Positions 1 through 13,490 of a DNA stretch of 64,000 nucleotides are shown here, piece after piece (within the stretch, counting starts at the first letter, position 1; every line of letters starts with the position of its first letter). The position numbers and the translations under genes are program-made. Source of the stretch: Mobula birostris (lineage: Eukaryota); the NCBI RefSeq assembly GCF_030028105.1, contig NC_092385.1, positions 37,662,774 through 37,726,773 of the forward strand, written 5' to 3'. A model generated the notes under the pieces. The model was not told the origin of the DNA. It made no database searches and saw only the letters and a program-made list of their open reading frames with translations.

Positions 1-1367
1 TATGAATTGTGTACATTACCACTGAGCACTGAGCATTCCAATGTGTGTCTGTTTAACATCTTCTACAAAAGTTCAATCATAGCCCAATCTGTGTGGATAG
101 GCATTTAAATTATACTTAACAGGCATTTACTTAGCTAATCAATAAAAATGGTCCCCTATAATTTGTGCTGCCATTTTTCATTGGGATTGTGGTACTATAT
201 AATTTTCCTAATGGTTATGCTTTGCCCATGAGACAAATATGTATGATTTGTTTGGCAATAGTTTGCCACTGAGCAAAGATCCTATACATATCAGTAATTC
301 AGTAATGCAGCATTTGCAATTACATTGCATTTCTTGGCACTTATTTATGAATCCAGGTTTTGTTTATGGAGTTTCTGTAATGATTTTATATATTGATGTA
401 CCAGTGAAAATTAACTTAAAAAATGATTTCATCCAAATTAATGATAAAATTATTTCATTACGAAAGTAAAGGTAAAGGTTGTAAACCCTATTAATACCAT
501 GTTATTTATAGCTCATTAAAGTGAAAAAATAAATCCCACCAATATTTTTATTCTTAAAACTGTTGGCAGATATGCTGAGGAGCATATTTATAAAATCACT
601 TACCACAGAGTCTAGTAAAAGCTTTTAACAGCATTAATTTAACACTACCCTGAGTGTCGGAATCATGTTTTGAATTCTTCTTTATTGAGTTGTATTTTCT
701 CGAAGCTAGATGGAAATCTACAAGAGGGAAGTAAGATTCCAGAAAACATCCAGTTTATATTTTTGAGCAGGAATGAAGCTTTTGTATGGTTTCACCAAGA
801 AGAGTTGACTTATAGCAAAAGAAAATAGGGTGCACTGCAACTGATCTGTATTTGCATTTTCTGTTGATTTCCTTAAAAAATGTAGGCAGCAAATTGCCTT
901 TGCATTTTAAGAAGACCTAGTGAACCAGTTCAATCACAATCCCCAGAACACACTACTGAAAGGTGCAAGAGCAAAGCAACCCAGTTAAACTGTTGCATGA
1001 GCCAAGGTGAATATTTTCAAAAAGTGTATAAGATTGGATATTTCAAAATTAAATTTTTGACTTTTGTAAATGGTAGTTTTGTCCTTCGAACCTGATTAAT
1101 TAGAAAATATGAAACAGGAACACTAAAATTCATCTAAAGACACTAGTATTAAACCCAACATTATTTTCTAATCTTGGCTGTGTTTGGTGGATGTTTGGCA
1201 TAGAGCCAAGTTCCATTTTGGAAGCGCTGGCCATCACTGCAAATTAGCTGTCATTAATCTATTCCTTTGTCAAGTTTTTTTTGGGAGGTTATGGAAGGAA
1301 GTCACTGCATGTTTCTCAGAGCAATTGCGGAATCTCCTTGAGTGTGATAAATATGCTTAGAGTGTGC

Positions 1368-1377
1368 TGATTGACAG
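1368..1377 (+). promoter_or_regulatory. PBX-MEIS/PREP decamer TGATTGACAG in a candidate enhancer
   Basis: Exact consensus decamer in repeat-free DNA, with CTGTCATTAAT and CCTTTGT motifs nearby (1248-1271). Confidence 0.35.
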
Positions 1378-3857
1378 TGGTAGTAATGTAACTTTTTCAA
1401 AGCTGCTGCAGATTTAGAGTTTTCACCTTGTTATTACCTCAGTTGAAATGGATTACTAAAATAGTTGATTAAACCAAGTACTGAAAGTTTATAAAACAAG
1501 CGAGGCTGTTAGCTTATTAAGACAATATTGTTACCGCACCCTCTGATACGTGATCATGAATGGGCTCATCAGAGTGAGCCAGTAACTCTAGAAGGAATTA
1601 AATATGTGAGGACAGCTACATTCCATGTGAACGTGGTCACTGTGGTATTGCAACAGCAGATAAAGTGGAACTGGAGAAAGAGAAACCTTCAGAGTTAGGT
1701 ACTGACAAGAACTCTCCCCTGAGTCTGGTTCATTCTCAGAAGAAACATCACTTTTGGCACCTGTCATATTCTGAATGCTGGTATGTAATTATCCACACTC
1801 GTTTCAACTTTATTACTTGCACATGTGTGAAGGTAACTGCAGCTATCAATTTCTACACTGCAGCTTGCTTCCAACCGCGAGAGAGTGCCAATTTGCTCAA
1901 GTGGGTCCGGTGGTTTATTTTGCAGGTTGGCTTAAAACTTAGCCAAGATCTGGGGACAATGTCCTACTTCATGAGAATGTTAAAGACAGAAGAATGCAAA
2001 CCAGCTCATTGCAACATATTTCAGTGGAACAGAATTAAAATTCATTTTAAAATACATCAGGTTCAATTCGCTCTAAAAGTGAATTGGTTAATACATTCAT
2101 GACAAAAATTTTTCAGTCTAAATATTTGTGTTTTCTTGGTCTCCATTACTTTTGTAGCTAATTAGCTCTAATAGAATCATAGAGTGGTAATTGACTTGCA
2201 GGTCCTAGGCAATATAAAGATCCCCATGTGCCTCGTCAGATTGGCACATTCATCTGAGACTGCAAGAATTCCATGGCTTGATTATGGCAGTAGATTCAAA
2301 TATATTAAATATTCCTTTATAACTCACTAATACCTGCAGATTTATTTTGACACAAAACCTTGAGAGTAAGTATTTGGACAAAGCAATGCGCCTTGCATTT
2401 AGCATCATAAATGTCCACAAGGTAAAAACCAGACCAGTACATGGGTTTTGACCCGTTAAGTTTTAGAAAAAGTAATTGCCTACAATCTCTTGACTGGTAG
2501 CACGAAGCATGATAATTTAGTCTCTTATCACCTTGTACCCTACCTATAAACTTCATTTCTTTGATGGCATGTTGTAGATTCATTGAACTAGCCTTTTGGG
2601 ATAAGTACCAAACTATTTCAGCATATGTCATGTATTGAATTCAGACTTGTAGCTCATTCATTTCTTACATATAGATGAGGAAATTGTATCTATGTAGTGA
2701 ATTATTAAGATACAGAATGATAGTGGAAGTGAATTTTGACATGACCATGAAAGAATTTATGTGAATAGTTGTAAAGGAGAGAATTACAGGGCTGTGAGGA
2801 AGGAGCAGAAGGGGGTGGTTAACGGAACAGGAGTCAGAGAGCTGGCACATGGAAATATGATTTTATAAACACTTCTGGTGAGTTGCAAGTTAGTTAACCC
2901 ATATAGAAGATCATGACTGAGAAGTTTGTCTTTCTCCTTTGTCTGAGTACCAGCTATTACAGATGGAAGACAATTCCTGTAATCCTGCACTAGAATGGGT
3001 GCGATGTTGTTGACTAGTATAATGCACACTAGCATAGTCCATGGATGTTTCATTTAAAATAACTCCAAAAACACAAAGAGAGCCCATTCGAAGGCTTAAT
3101 TACGTGCTTGCCTCAGAACTCAAACACCTTTCTCAATGTGAATTAGTTTTGAAGTTAACATTCATATGAGCATTGAAAATAAAAGTCAATAAACATTTAA
3201 TCTAGTGAAAATAAACAGAATTGTGCTATTGTCATATTAGCAACAACTGTAAAATAAGTAACTGTTCAATTGCTGTATTAGCCATAGAACCAACTGGGTC
3301 TCCAAAAATCCAGCAATTGAAGTTATTCAAAGATTTTAATAAACCATTGGATTACATAATTTAAGGGCAGTAATACTTCTATTAGCCATTTAAATGACCT
3401 CTTGTGACTTCCGACAGATTTTCTGATGTCCTGTGAACAGACTGAAGACCTAAGCTGTACACTTTGAATGAAGAACAATGGCTCTGAGTTTAGTGAAAAT
3501 GGAGTGGATGTGCTTGGGTTGGTTGTGTTAGGCCAGCCATTGCCAGCTTACTATAAAAGACTTCATTTGCCAAACTTTCTATGCTTGGAACAGATGCACA
3601 AATTATCACAATGCAGAGTAATTTAATGGTTGGTGTTTGCACTTAAAGCAACAAGTATGAAAGTTCATGTACTCCAGAAGAACGATTGACTTCCCACACT
3701 ACAGAACCATTTGATTTCTGATCTTATTGAAATCAAATGTATGCAGTGCTTAGAAAAAATCAATCCTTTCTTATAGATTCTTCCCTGACATCTCAAAGTG
3801 CATTAGGACCAATGAGGTACTTTAAAGAATAATTGCTGTTGCAGGGAAGGAAATTGA

Positions 3858-4603
3858 ACATAGTATAGTCATACTTTATTGATCCCGGGGAAATTGGTTT
3901 TCGTTTCAGTTGCACCATAAATAATTAAATAGTAATAAAACCATAAATAATTAAATAGTAATATGTAAATTATGCCAGGAAATAAGTCCAGGACCAGCCT
4001 ATTGGCTCAGGGTATCTGACCCTCCAAGGGAGGAGTTGTAAAGTTTGATGGCCACAGACAGGAATGACTTCCTATGACACTCTGTGTTGCATCTCGGTGG
4101 AATGAGTCTCTGGCTGAATGTACTCCTGTGCCCAACCAGTACATTATGTAGCGGATGGGAGAGATTGTCCAAGATGGCATGCAACTTGGACAGGATCCTC
4201 TTTTCAGACACCACCGTCAGAGAGTCCAGTTCCATCCCCACAATATCACTGGCCTTACGAATGAGTTTGTTGATTCTGTTGGTATCTGCTACCCTCAGCC
4301 TGCTGCCCCAGCACACAACAGCAAACATGATCGCACTGGCCACCACAGACTCATAGAACATCCTCAGCATCGTCCGACAGATGTTAAAGGACCTCAGTCT
4401 CCTCAGGAAATAGAGACAGCTCTGACCCTTCTTGTAGCCAGCCTCAGCGTTCTTTAACCTGTCCAGTTTATTGTCAATTCGTATCCCCAGGTATTTGTAA
4501 TCCTCCACCATGTCCACACTGACCCCCTGGTTGGAAACAGGGGTCACCGGTGCCTTAGCTCTCCTCAGGTCTACCACCAGCTCCTTAGTCTTTTTCTCAT
4601 TAA
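3858..4603 (-). mobile_element. Rex1/Babar-type LINE, 5'-truncated 3' fragment
   Basis: ORF 3999-4625 contains KTKELVVDLRR, YKYLG and LYFLRRLRSFN (post-RT region). The 3' end is AATAAAGTATGACTATACTAT. Confidence 0.85.
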
Positions 4604-4949
4604 GGTAAGTAAGCAACTTTGACAAACATAGTATGTTCCCACAAACTATAATGAGATAGCATTAGCTGTTCAGTTTTAATCATTAGTCAGGACAATGGTA
4701 ATACTCTTCCATATTTGTTGTTTATTGTCACATCTTCCGTATAGTACTGAGCCACTACAAGCTCAAGTCACTAGAACGGGCTTTGGAAGCAGAACTTTTT
4801 ACAGCAGAGGCACAATTCCTCCCATTAGGCCAAGAATGGTCTGGGCTGGCTGTGATATTCTGAATATCATAAAGCTTTTCATAGGTGAACAATCTAGGAA
4901 GTAAACTCTGCTCTTAGTAACGTTTTCACTTTATTCGTTTCAGCATGAG

Positions 4950-5870
4950 AAATAGCAGAAGTTAGCAATGCTGCTCTGTAGACCTGCATCATCATTCAGC
5001 ATCATGGCTGATTAGATTATTGTCTTGCCCTTCTACATCCCACCTTAACTCCATGACCTTTATATATAACAACAAGGTGCAGGGGAAGGCCACATGGGCC
5101 TTTAAGCTTGCACAACTATTCATCAAAATCAGGATTGATCTTCTCTCTTAATGCCATTTTCCTGTATTGTCCACAAGTCCCTCAATTGATTTCAGGATAG
5201 TAGGGGAATCAATCTCTGTTTTAAATGAATTCAGTGACTGTGTCTCCATAATTCTCCCAATTAGAGAATCCCAAAGATTCACCACACTCTATAAGCAGAG
5301 ATGTCTCTTCATCACAGTGTACATGACCTGCTCCTTATTCTGAAAGTGTGATGCCTGGTTCTAGATTCTTTAGTCAGGGAAAATGTCTTCCCTACATTCT
5401 ACCCATCAGACCCTATATGAATTTTGTATGTTTCACAAATATTTCCTCTCATTCTTCTAAACTCTGGAGAATGCAGGCCTGGTCAACACAATCTCATCTT
5501 GTACAGTAAACCCTCCATCCCAGGAACTTGTCTTCCCGGAACTCCCTCTGTAGCAAGTATCTTCACTTTTAGGTAAGGTGTACAGGACTGCACACATTGT
5601 TCTATGTGCAGTCTCAGAAAGGCCTTGTAAAATTGGAGTAAGACATCTCTGCTCCTTTAGGCCAAACCTCTTGTAATAAAAAACAACATATCATTTGCTT
5701 ACTAATTATTTGCCACATCTACATGTTAGCTTTCAGTAACTTGTATACAAGGGAATCTGAAGTCCTTTAAACATCAATGTTGCCCAGTATCTTGCCATGT
5801 AAGACACCTCTGTATTCCCATTCTGTGCCCCAAAGTGGATAACTTTGTATCATTCCACGTTACACCTCAG
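4950..5870 (-). mobile_element. Old CR1 LINE, 3' part (continues at 9460-9840)
   Basis: Decayed reverse-strand CR1 ORF2 C-terminus (KVIHFG-like segment at ~5830) and 3' UTR. Confidence 0.7.
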
Positions 5871-5973
5871 CTTTAGTTTTGAATTTAAAATATTTAAGTT
5901 TTTAAAAAGTCATAGAAAAAGAGAACAGGTCCACATTTTAAAGTCCTGAACTGAATTCGGACTAAATTTGAAG

Positions 5974-6075
5974 GCAACACACACAAAATGCTGGAGGAAC
6001 TCAGCAGGCCAGACAGCATCTATGGAAAAGAGTAAACAGTTGATAGTTCAGGCCGAGAACCTTTGTCAGGACTGG
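5974..6075 (-). mobile_element. Penelope-like element terminus with a degenerate hammerhead motif
   Basis: Same terminal sequence (ACACAAAATGCTGGAGGAACTCAGCAGG on plus) as the GIY-YIG-bearing copy at 18671-19282. The minus strand reads CAGTC CTGACAA AGGTTCTCGGCCT GAAC. Confidence 0.75.
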
Positions 6076-6286
6076 GCATTGGGCAGGGTCGACAGGGCGA
6101 CTCTATTTAAAGGCAAAGGAACAGTTGGCAAGTGAAAGGTTTTTTAATGAATCATATCCTGTTAGGATGAAGGGTAACTTACCAAGTTCAGTGAACCCTG
6201 CCTGGCAAGAGATATCAAGGCTCTGGTCAAGGCAAAGAAAGAAGTGTATACTGCATTTAGGTAGCTGGGTAAAATTAATATAAACA

Positions 6287-7609
6287 GGATTCATGAATAT
6301 TTGGAGAGGCATAATATGATTAGGAATAGTCAGCATGGCTTTGTCAAAGGCAGGTCATGCCTTATGAACCTCATTGAGTTTTCTGAGGATTCGACTAAAC
6401 ATATTGATGAAGGTAGGGCAGTAGATGTAATGTATATGGATTCAGCAAGGCATTTGATAAAGTACCCACACTAGGCTTATTGAGAAAGTAAGAAGGCATG
6501 GGATCTAAGGGGACCTTGCTTTGTAGATCCAGAATTGGCTTGCCCACAGAAGGCAAAGAGTGGTTGTAGACGGGTCATATTCTGCGTGGAGGTCGGTGAC
6601 CAGTGGTGTGCCTCAGGGATCTGTTCTGGGACCAGCCATCTCTTCATGATTTTTATAAATGACCTGGATGAGGAAGTGGAGGGATGGTGTAGTAAATTTG
6701 CTGATGACACAGAGGTTGGGGGTGCTGTGGATAGTGTGGAGGGCTGTCGGAGGTTAGAGCGGGACATCGATAGGATGCAAAACTGGGCTGAGAAGTGGCA
6801 GATGGAGTTCAACCCAGATAAGTGTGAGGTGGTTCATTTTGGTCAGTCAAATATGATGGCAGAATATAATATTAATGGTAAGACTCTTGGCAGTTTGGAG
6901 GATCAGGGGTATCTTGGGGTCTGAGTCCATCAGACACTCAAAGATGCTGTGCAGGTTGATTCTGTGATTAAGAAGGCATATGGCGCTTCGGCCTTTATCA
7001 ACCGTGGGATTGAGTTTAAGAGCCAAGAGGTAATATTGCGGCTATATAGGACCCTGGTCAGACCCCACTTGGAGTACTGTGCTCAGTTCTGGTCACCTCA
7101 CTACAGGAAGGATGTGAAAACTACACAAAGGGTGCAGAGGAGATTTACAAGGATGTTGCCTGGATTGGGGAGCATGCCTTATGAGAATAGGTTGAGTGAA
7201 CTCGGCCCTTTCTCCTTGAAGCGACAGAGGATGAGAGGTGACCTGATAGAGATGTATAAGATGATGAGAGGCATTGATCGTGTGGATAGTCAGAGGCCTT
7301 TTCCCAGGAGTGAAATGGCTAACACGAGAGGGCACAGTTTTAAGGTGCTTGGAAATAGGTACAGAGGAGATGTCAGGGGTAAGATTTTTACGCAGAGAGT
7401 GGTGAGTGCATGGAATGGGCTGCCGTTGATGGTGGTGGAGGCGGATACAATAGGGTCTTTTAAGAGACTCCTGGACAGGTACATGGAGCCCAGAAAAATA
7501 GAGGGCTATGGGTAACCCTAGGTAATTTCTAAAGCAATTACATGTTCAGCACAGCATTGTGGGCCAAAGGGCCTGTATTGTGCTGTAGGTTTTCTATGTT
7601 CTATGTTCC
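6287..7609 (+). mobile_element. Young 5'-truncated CR1 LINE with a 7-bp TSD
   Basis: RT motif SKFADDT and C-terminal LVRPHLEYCAQFWSP...FTQRVVSAWNGLP; (TTCTATG)n tail; ATAAACA duplicated at 6280-6286 and 7610-7616. Confidence 0.92.
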
Positions 7610-9455
7610 ATAAACATACCGGTACATAAAAAGTTTAAGAGCAGACTTAAGAAGGAAATCAAGTGGGTATGGCAACTTAAAGATAGTCCCAGGAGGTTTT
7701 TCAGTTACATTAACAGTAAAAGGATGACTAGTGAGAAACCAGATCCTCTTAAAGACCTATATGTGGAGCAGCAGGAGGTGACCATAATTTTTAATCTCTC
7801 TTTCTCCTCAGTGTTTACACATCCTCAGAAGAATATCGTGGATGTCGAAGAAATGAAGGATATCAGCAGTGAGGTTTGTGTCACGTGCATATTATGAGGA
7901 AGGCAGTATTTGCAAGGGCAAATCCCCGGGGCCTAAACAAATACACCCCCAGAACTTATGGGAAGCCAGGGAAGACATCGCAGATCCCTTGAGGAGATAT
8001 TTTCTTTATCATTAGCCTTTGGTGAAGCATTGTTGTTCTATTGATCAAGGAGTGTAGCATAGATAGACAAGAGAACTGCAGGCTGGAGTACCTAACACTT
8101 TATACAGAAATTACTGGAGGGACTTCTGAGTGACAAGATCTACCATCACTTGGATAAACATGGCCTGATCAGGAATAGTCAACATGGTCTTGTTCGTGGG
8201 AGGTCATGTCTGATTAATCTTTTGGCATTTTTCGAAGTGGTAACTAAGAGGATAGATAAAAATAGGGCAGTGGATGTAAGGCCTTTGACAGGGTCCTGCA
8301 TGCAAGCTCATCTTGATGTTTAGGTGGTGTGGGATTCGGGGGGAGCGGTTAAGGTGGTTTCAGGATAGGCTCAATGATAGGAAGCAAAGAGTGATAGCTG
8401 AAGGTCAATTCGCCAGCTGGAGGCTTGTGACCAAAGGGGTGCCCTGGGGGGTCAGAGTTGAGACCTTTGTTTTCATGATTTATGGAAAGGATCCTGATGT
8501 GGAAATACATGGCATGATTCACAAGTTTGCAGATGATACTAAATTAATGGATCTTATCGAATAGTGAAGCAGGTTACAATAAATTATGAAGAGATATTGA
8601 TCAGATAGGGACTCTGAGAAACAGTTTTCAACTTGGATATGTATGAAGTTGTGCATTTTTGCCTTTCAAACCAGGGTAGGGCCTGTACAGTGAATAGCAG
8701 GGTACTGACGAGTGTTATGGAACGGAAGGGTCTGGGAGTACAGTCCACTAAACGCAGGCACACATATAGACTGAACAGAGAAGAAGGCGTTTAGCATGCT
8801 GGCCTTCATAAGTGAAGCATCAAGTTTAAGAGTAGGGACATCATGTTGCAGTTTTATAAGTTGTTGGTAGCAACACACACAAATTGCTGGAGGAACTCAG
8901 CAGGCCAGGCAGCATCTGTGGAGAAGTGTATAGTCGACGTTTTGGGCGAGAACCTTGGCGTATTATGCATGTTTTGGTTACCCTGTTGTTGGAAAGGTAT
9001 TGTTAAGTTGGAGATGGTGAAGAAGAGATTTATGGTGATGCTGCCTGAGCCAAAGGGACTCAATTGGCCATGCTGGATCGCTCTTCCTTAGTGCATAGGA
9101 CAAAGAGAGGTGATCTCATAGAGGTCTATCCCATGAGGGGTATTGATAAGGTGGATGGTCTTTGTCATTACCCCAGGGTTAAGGAGTCCCGAACTAGAGG
9201 ATACAGATGCAAGATAAGAAAGAAGAGATTTAAAAGAGACTCAAGGGGTAACTTCTCTACACAGATTATAGTGAGTACCAGGAATAAGCTGCCAGAGGAA
9301 GTGGTTGAGGTGGGTATATGTATAGGTATACAGAGAGGAAGGGCTTGGAGAATTATGGGCAACTAGGGCTAGCTAGGACGATATTGTGGTTAGTATGGAC
9401 AAGTTGGGCTGAAGGGCCTATATCCATGCTGTATTAGTCTATGACTATATGGCTC
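7610..9455 (+). mobile_element. Older CR1 LINE (its upstream part is at ~6110-6286)
   Basis: Frameshifted ORF2 with HKFADDTKL, RGDLIEVY and NFSTQ motifs; CTATGACTAT tail. Confidence 0.85.
8870..8956 (-). mobile_element. Penelope-like terminus inserted in CR1
   Basis: Same terminal repeat as above; it interrupts the CR1 YKLLV..LEY segment and ends inside hammerhead stem II. Confidence 0.75.
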
Positions 9456-9459
9456 TATC

Positions 9460-9840
9460 TGCCATGTTATTGTCCACTCATTCAGTTTAGCTTGAAGCTT
9501 CTTTACATCATCCAATCTACTCAAAATCTCAGCTAGTTTTGCATTAGCTGCAAATTGGAAAGAATGTATTTTGTACCTTCAGATTACTCATTGATATAGA
9601 GCTTGAGTAACTGGGGATCAAACATTGATCCCTGTGCTTGCCCCATTTTCACAGCCTGTCAAGCTGAAGAAGATCCGTTCCCATTCTTTTCTTTCTGTCA
9701 GAGAACCAATCCTCAATCCACGTTAATATGTTATTCCTAACCCCTGTACTCTAAGCTTACTAAACAACATCATGTGTGCAACTTACCTGTATCCTCACTC
9801 CAAATACACAACATTCACTCGTTCCTTTACCCCATCTGAT
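9460..9840 (-). mobile_element. Old CR1 RT fragment (continuation of 4950-5870)
   Basis: The reverse strand has decayed QGSMLIP and KFAA-AKL motifs that precede the segment ending at ~5870. Confidence 0.6.
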
Positions 9841-12099
9841 GCAATGTTGAGTTACATATTGAGTCAAGAATGCTACTAGTTACTTTTATGATCTTGTCTA
9901 CTTGCTCTGTAACAAATCTATAATAATCTTGTTTGCGCACATTGCATCATTCCTGTGGTGTGTTGCACTTGTTTATACTCAACAGAATATGGATCCCAAG
10001 TCCATCTTTAGTAGTGATATATGGATATTTGATGCATATATGATGCCAAGGATGTGGAAGCTTTTTGGCTTTGGGGATGCATATACCATTTGATTTTTCC
10101 ATAAATAATGTTATATTTTGAATACAGTGGCCTGATCAACATTTGAGATGAATGAAAATAATATGCAGTTTAACATTAGAGATTCTTCACTTCTTTCAGC
10201 AATCAATTATAAATAATTCTGAGATTTTTTGACCATCTTTTTTCAGGGTGATTGCCCAGTTTCACATCGATAAGAGTTTGGTGACTGTAATCTTGCTCTT
10301 TGCAATTTTCACTCTTAAATTTTTCTGTGCAGTGATGCTGAGGACTTGGGGAAACCATTTTACTTCTGTTAGGATGTCAAGTAACAACAGGAACCAAATA
10401 GGGTAGGCTAACTATTTCGAATTTCCTCCTAATCTACCTAATCTCCCACCAAAGTAAACTGTTTTTATTCCTTTGAACTTAGTTATTAAGGAAAAGCACC
10501 CAGAATCCGTTATCTTTTCCCCAACCAATTTATTCTACAAGTTACAGGAAAACATTTGATTTAATTGAGTAATTTATAATCAATATTAGAATTAGTGTCA
10601 AAATGACAATACAGTCTCAACTCTGTCTAAGTAAATGTGGTTCATGCAGTTTTGCTACTGGAATTGCTTTAACACTTATTCACAGAATGATTCACCCCAC
10701 CAATAAAAGTTATACAAGGCAAAACCTATATAAGGAAGCATGGCAAATAATTAGCAGCACTGACAAAGATACAGTAGAGCTACTACTGTTCAGTTTTGTC
10801 ATCAAGATGACATTTAAAACTTTACAATCATCTTTTGTTAAAATATAATCTTAAGTCATTCTTTGCCAAAGCCAATATCCATGAATTGCGACTGACCCAG
10901 TTTCCCAGATGATACTTTAGTCACCCTTGAGAAATTCTTTGGCTTACAGAGATTCAACTAATGGATTTTTGCAATGGTGAACCTGTCCTCTCTCAGCAGA
11001 GGAATGCAATGTACTAAAATCCACATAATGCAAATCACCATAATGCATTTTGCCCTGTTGTTCTGAGTAACAACTATTCATTGAATAAAATGAATGTGTT
11101 TATGGAAAGCACTTCGTAAACTGAGGAATGGGTTTCCATCAGCCACTCCAGCTGATATGGAAGAAGCCAGGAATTACTGAGTTGACATTGGAGTGCTTTT
11201 TCTTGAAATGCCACCTGGAGATTTAAGAGTGAATTTCACAGATTAAATAACACATCTCAAGTAAGAACCAAGCCACTCTTTTAATGGAGAAAAAAGTCAG
11301 CAGATCACCAGTATAAAGCTGTATGTGATCATAAGTTTCCAATTGTGAAACTCCTATCCAGTGTCACAGATGGCTTTGGATAAGCTCAAATGAATTCTCA
11401 CTAGAAAGATTTTTCAGAAGAAATCTCAAAGAAATTCCATATAAATGATTGTGAAGGTTACTGTACTGAAAGGCTCCAGTATGGTTGATTAATCACTAAA
11501 GGTAGAATGGTCCAATTTTTCCAGTGATGTTTCCCAAATACTGTGGGAATGATCCAATGTCAGCAAATTCCATGGCAGGAGATTTTCCAGGATGCTTGTC
11601 TTTAAGAATGCATAGTTCTGGCCAGTCACAGGATATTCCATTTTCATGCCCCAGTGAGCGTCCCCACATCATTTAATGCGAATATAGTTTAAAGAACTGA
11701 ATGATCAATCTTTAGCATACATTTTTTATCCTTTCTCCAACTGCTAATGTATTGCAAGATGCATTATTTGACGATTTATATTTTAGTTCTATTTTCCCAA
11801 GCACTTCTTTCTTCAATAAAAATGAATATCAGATCTTATACATTGATCAAGAGAGGTCAGACTACTTGATAGACTGAGGCCACAGCCAGAAGTTATGGCC
11901 ATGGTGGCTGGCAATGATAAGCATTCTGTGTTGAAGCTGAGTAATTCAATGGGACGGTGAGCTGATTGTGAACCTTACAGTTTATTTTCTCAGTTACCAG
12001 TACAGCTAGCCTGTCTTGGAGCCAAGGGAGATGGCAGTCCCTGACTCGGTATGGGAGGAATGGAATCCTCTCCCCTTTTGAGCACACCTATGATTTCAG

Positions 12100-13490
12100 T
12101 TTATAACACACAACCCAATTCCTCTCCCCTCTCAGGAAGGTCTGAGGGCCCTCCACTTCTTTCTGGAACATTGATTCTTACCCAGTAAGAATTGTTCCTA
12201 CTTGTCCTGAAGAGCTCCTCTTTTGATTCCTCTCATTTTCAACTGATGAAAGGTGTCGGCATTTGCAGTTGCTCTAGAAACATCTGGCTTTTTGTTAACT
12301 ACATGGACTAGGTCTTGTCCCAAACTTGCTCTGGTATCCTTCTCCAACCCTGTCTCTGCTACATTAATAAATTCCTCCTGCAATTGTGTGGAAATCAGCA
12401 ATTTTATCATCTTGGCTACAAACTTCCACATTGCCCTCAAATTCACTCGGACCATTTCAGAAACTTCTCTCCCTTTTCTGGATTTCTTTGTCTCCATCTC
12501 AGGAGACAAATTATGTGCTGGCATGTACTATAAACCCACTAACTCTCACAACTACTTCAACCACACCATCTCCACTTGGTCTCTTGTAATGTTGCCATCC
12601 TTTTCTCCCCTTTCATCACCTCTGCTTTCAAGACGATGCCTTCAGTTCCCGAGGTTTGAAAATGTCCTCCTTTTTCTTTCTTTCTACTAGGCTTGATGAA
12701 GCCTTTCCTCACAATTCCTCACTTCCTCTACTTCTACTCTACCCTCTCCCCCAAGATAGAACACAGATAGAGTTCCCAGTCCTCACCTTTTGCTCTGCCA
12801 GACTCCATATCCAGCACATCTATCTAATCGTCCTTATTCATTTCAGCCAGCTTATAGGATCTCACCACCAATTCATTTCAGCCAGCTTATAGGATCTCAC
12901 CACCAATTGTGTCTTCTCCTTCCTATGCCTCTTCGCTTTCTGCAGGACAACTCTCTGGTTTGCTCATCCCTCACCAACACACAAAGACCTAAACAGCCCT
13001 CCCAAGTGAGGCAGAGATTCAAGAGCACCTCCTTCAACTTCACCTAGTGCTGTTGACTAGGCCTCGTCTACATTGGCAACACTGAACTAGGTGACCATCT
13101 TGAGCTCCCTGTTGTATGCCATTTCAACTTCCCATTGCCACGCTCACTTGTCTGTCTTTGCCTTCTCCAGTGCTGGGGTGAGACCAAACACCATCTAGAA
13201 GAACAACAGAGCATGTTCCCCTGTTTATTCCACAACCCATCCCGATGGAAATTAATTTTCCAACTTCATGTCACCAGCCCACCCTGCGTACCTCTTTGTC
13301 TCTTTTTGATTCACCCAGGTTCTCTCCCTCCCCAGCCCCCACACCCACCCTGCTTTTATCCTCTTCCTCACCTAGTTCCATTTGTCTATCACCCAAGCAC
13401 CTAATCTAAGAAGTGACTAACGCCCTCTCCCAACTAGTTCCATTTTCCACCATCCATCTCCTCTCTTCGTTACACCTACCATTTACCAGT
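12100..13490 (+). mobile_element. Decayed Penelope-like element (RT and GIY-YIG remnants)
   Basis: LKFTRTISETSLPFLDFFVSISGDKL...YYKPTNSHNY, then YIG (~13069) and HHLEEQ, followed by a pyrimidine-rich 3' region. Confidence 0.85.
12836..12905. repeat. Perfect 35-bp tandem duplication
   Basis: ATTCATTTCAGCCAGCTTATAGGATCTCACCACCA occurs twice. Confidence 0.95.

Noticed and set aside
1665-2102. 145-aa ORF
   Set aside because: GTG start, no recognisable domain and no supporting exon structure.
3914-3963. 26-bp tandem repeat as an independent feature
   Set aside because: It is part of the Rex1 element 3' UTR.
6535-7515. Active reverse transcriptase gene
   Set aside because: 5'-truncated CR1 with frameshifts and a stop; not autonomous.
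12836-12905. CRISPR-like repeat
   Set aside because: Two adjacent copies with no spacer, no cas genes, and a eukaryotic context.
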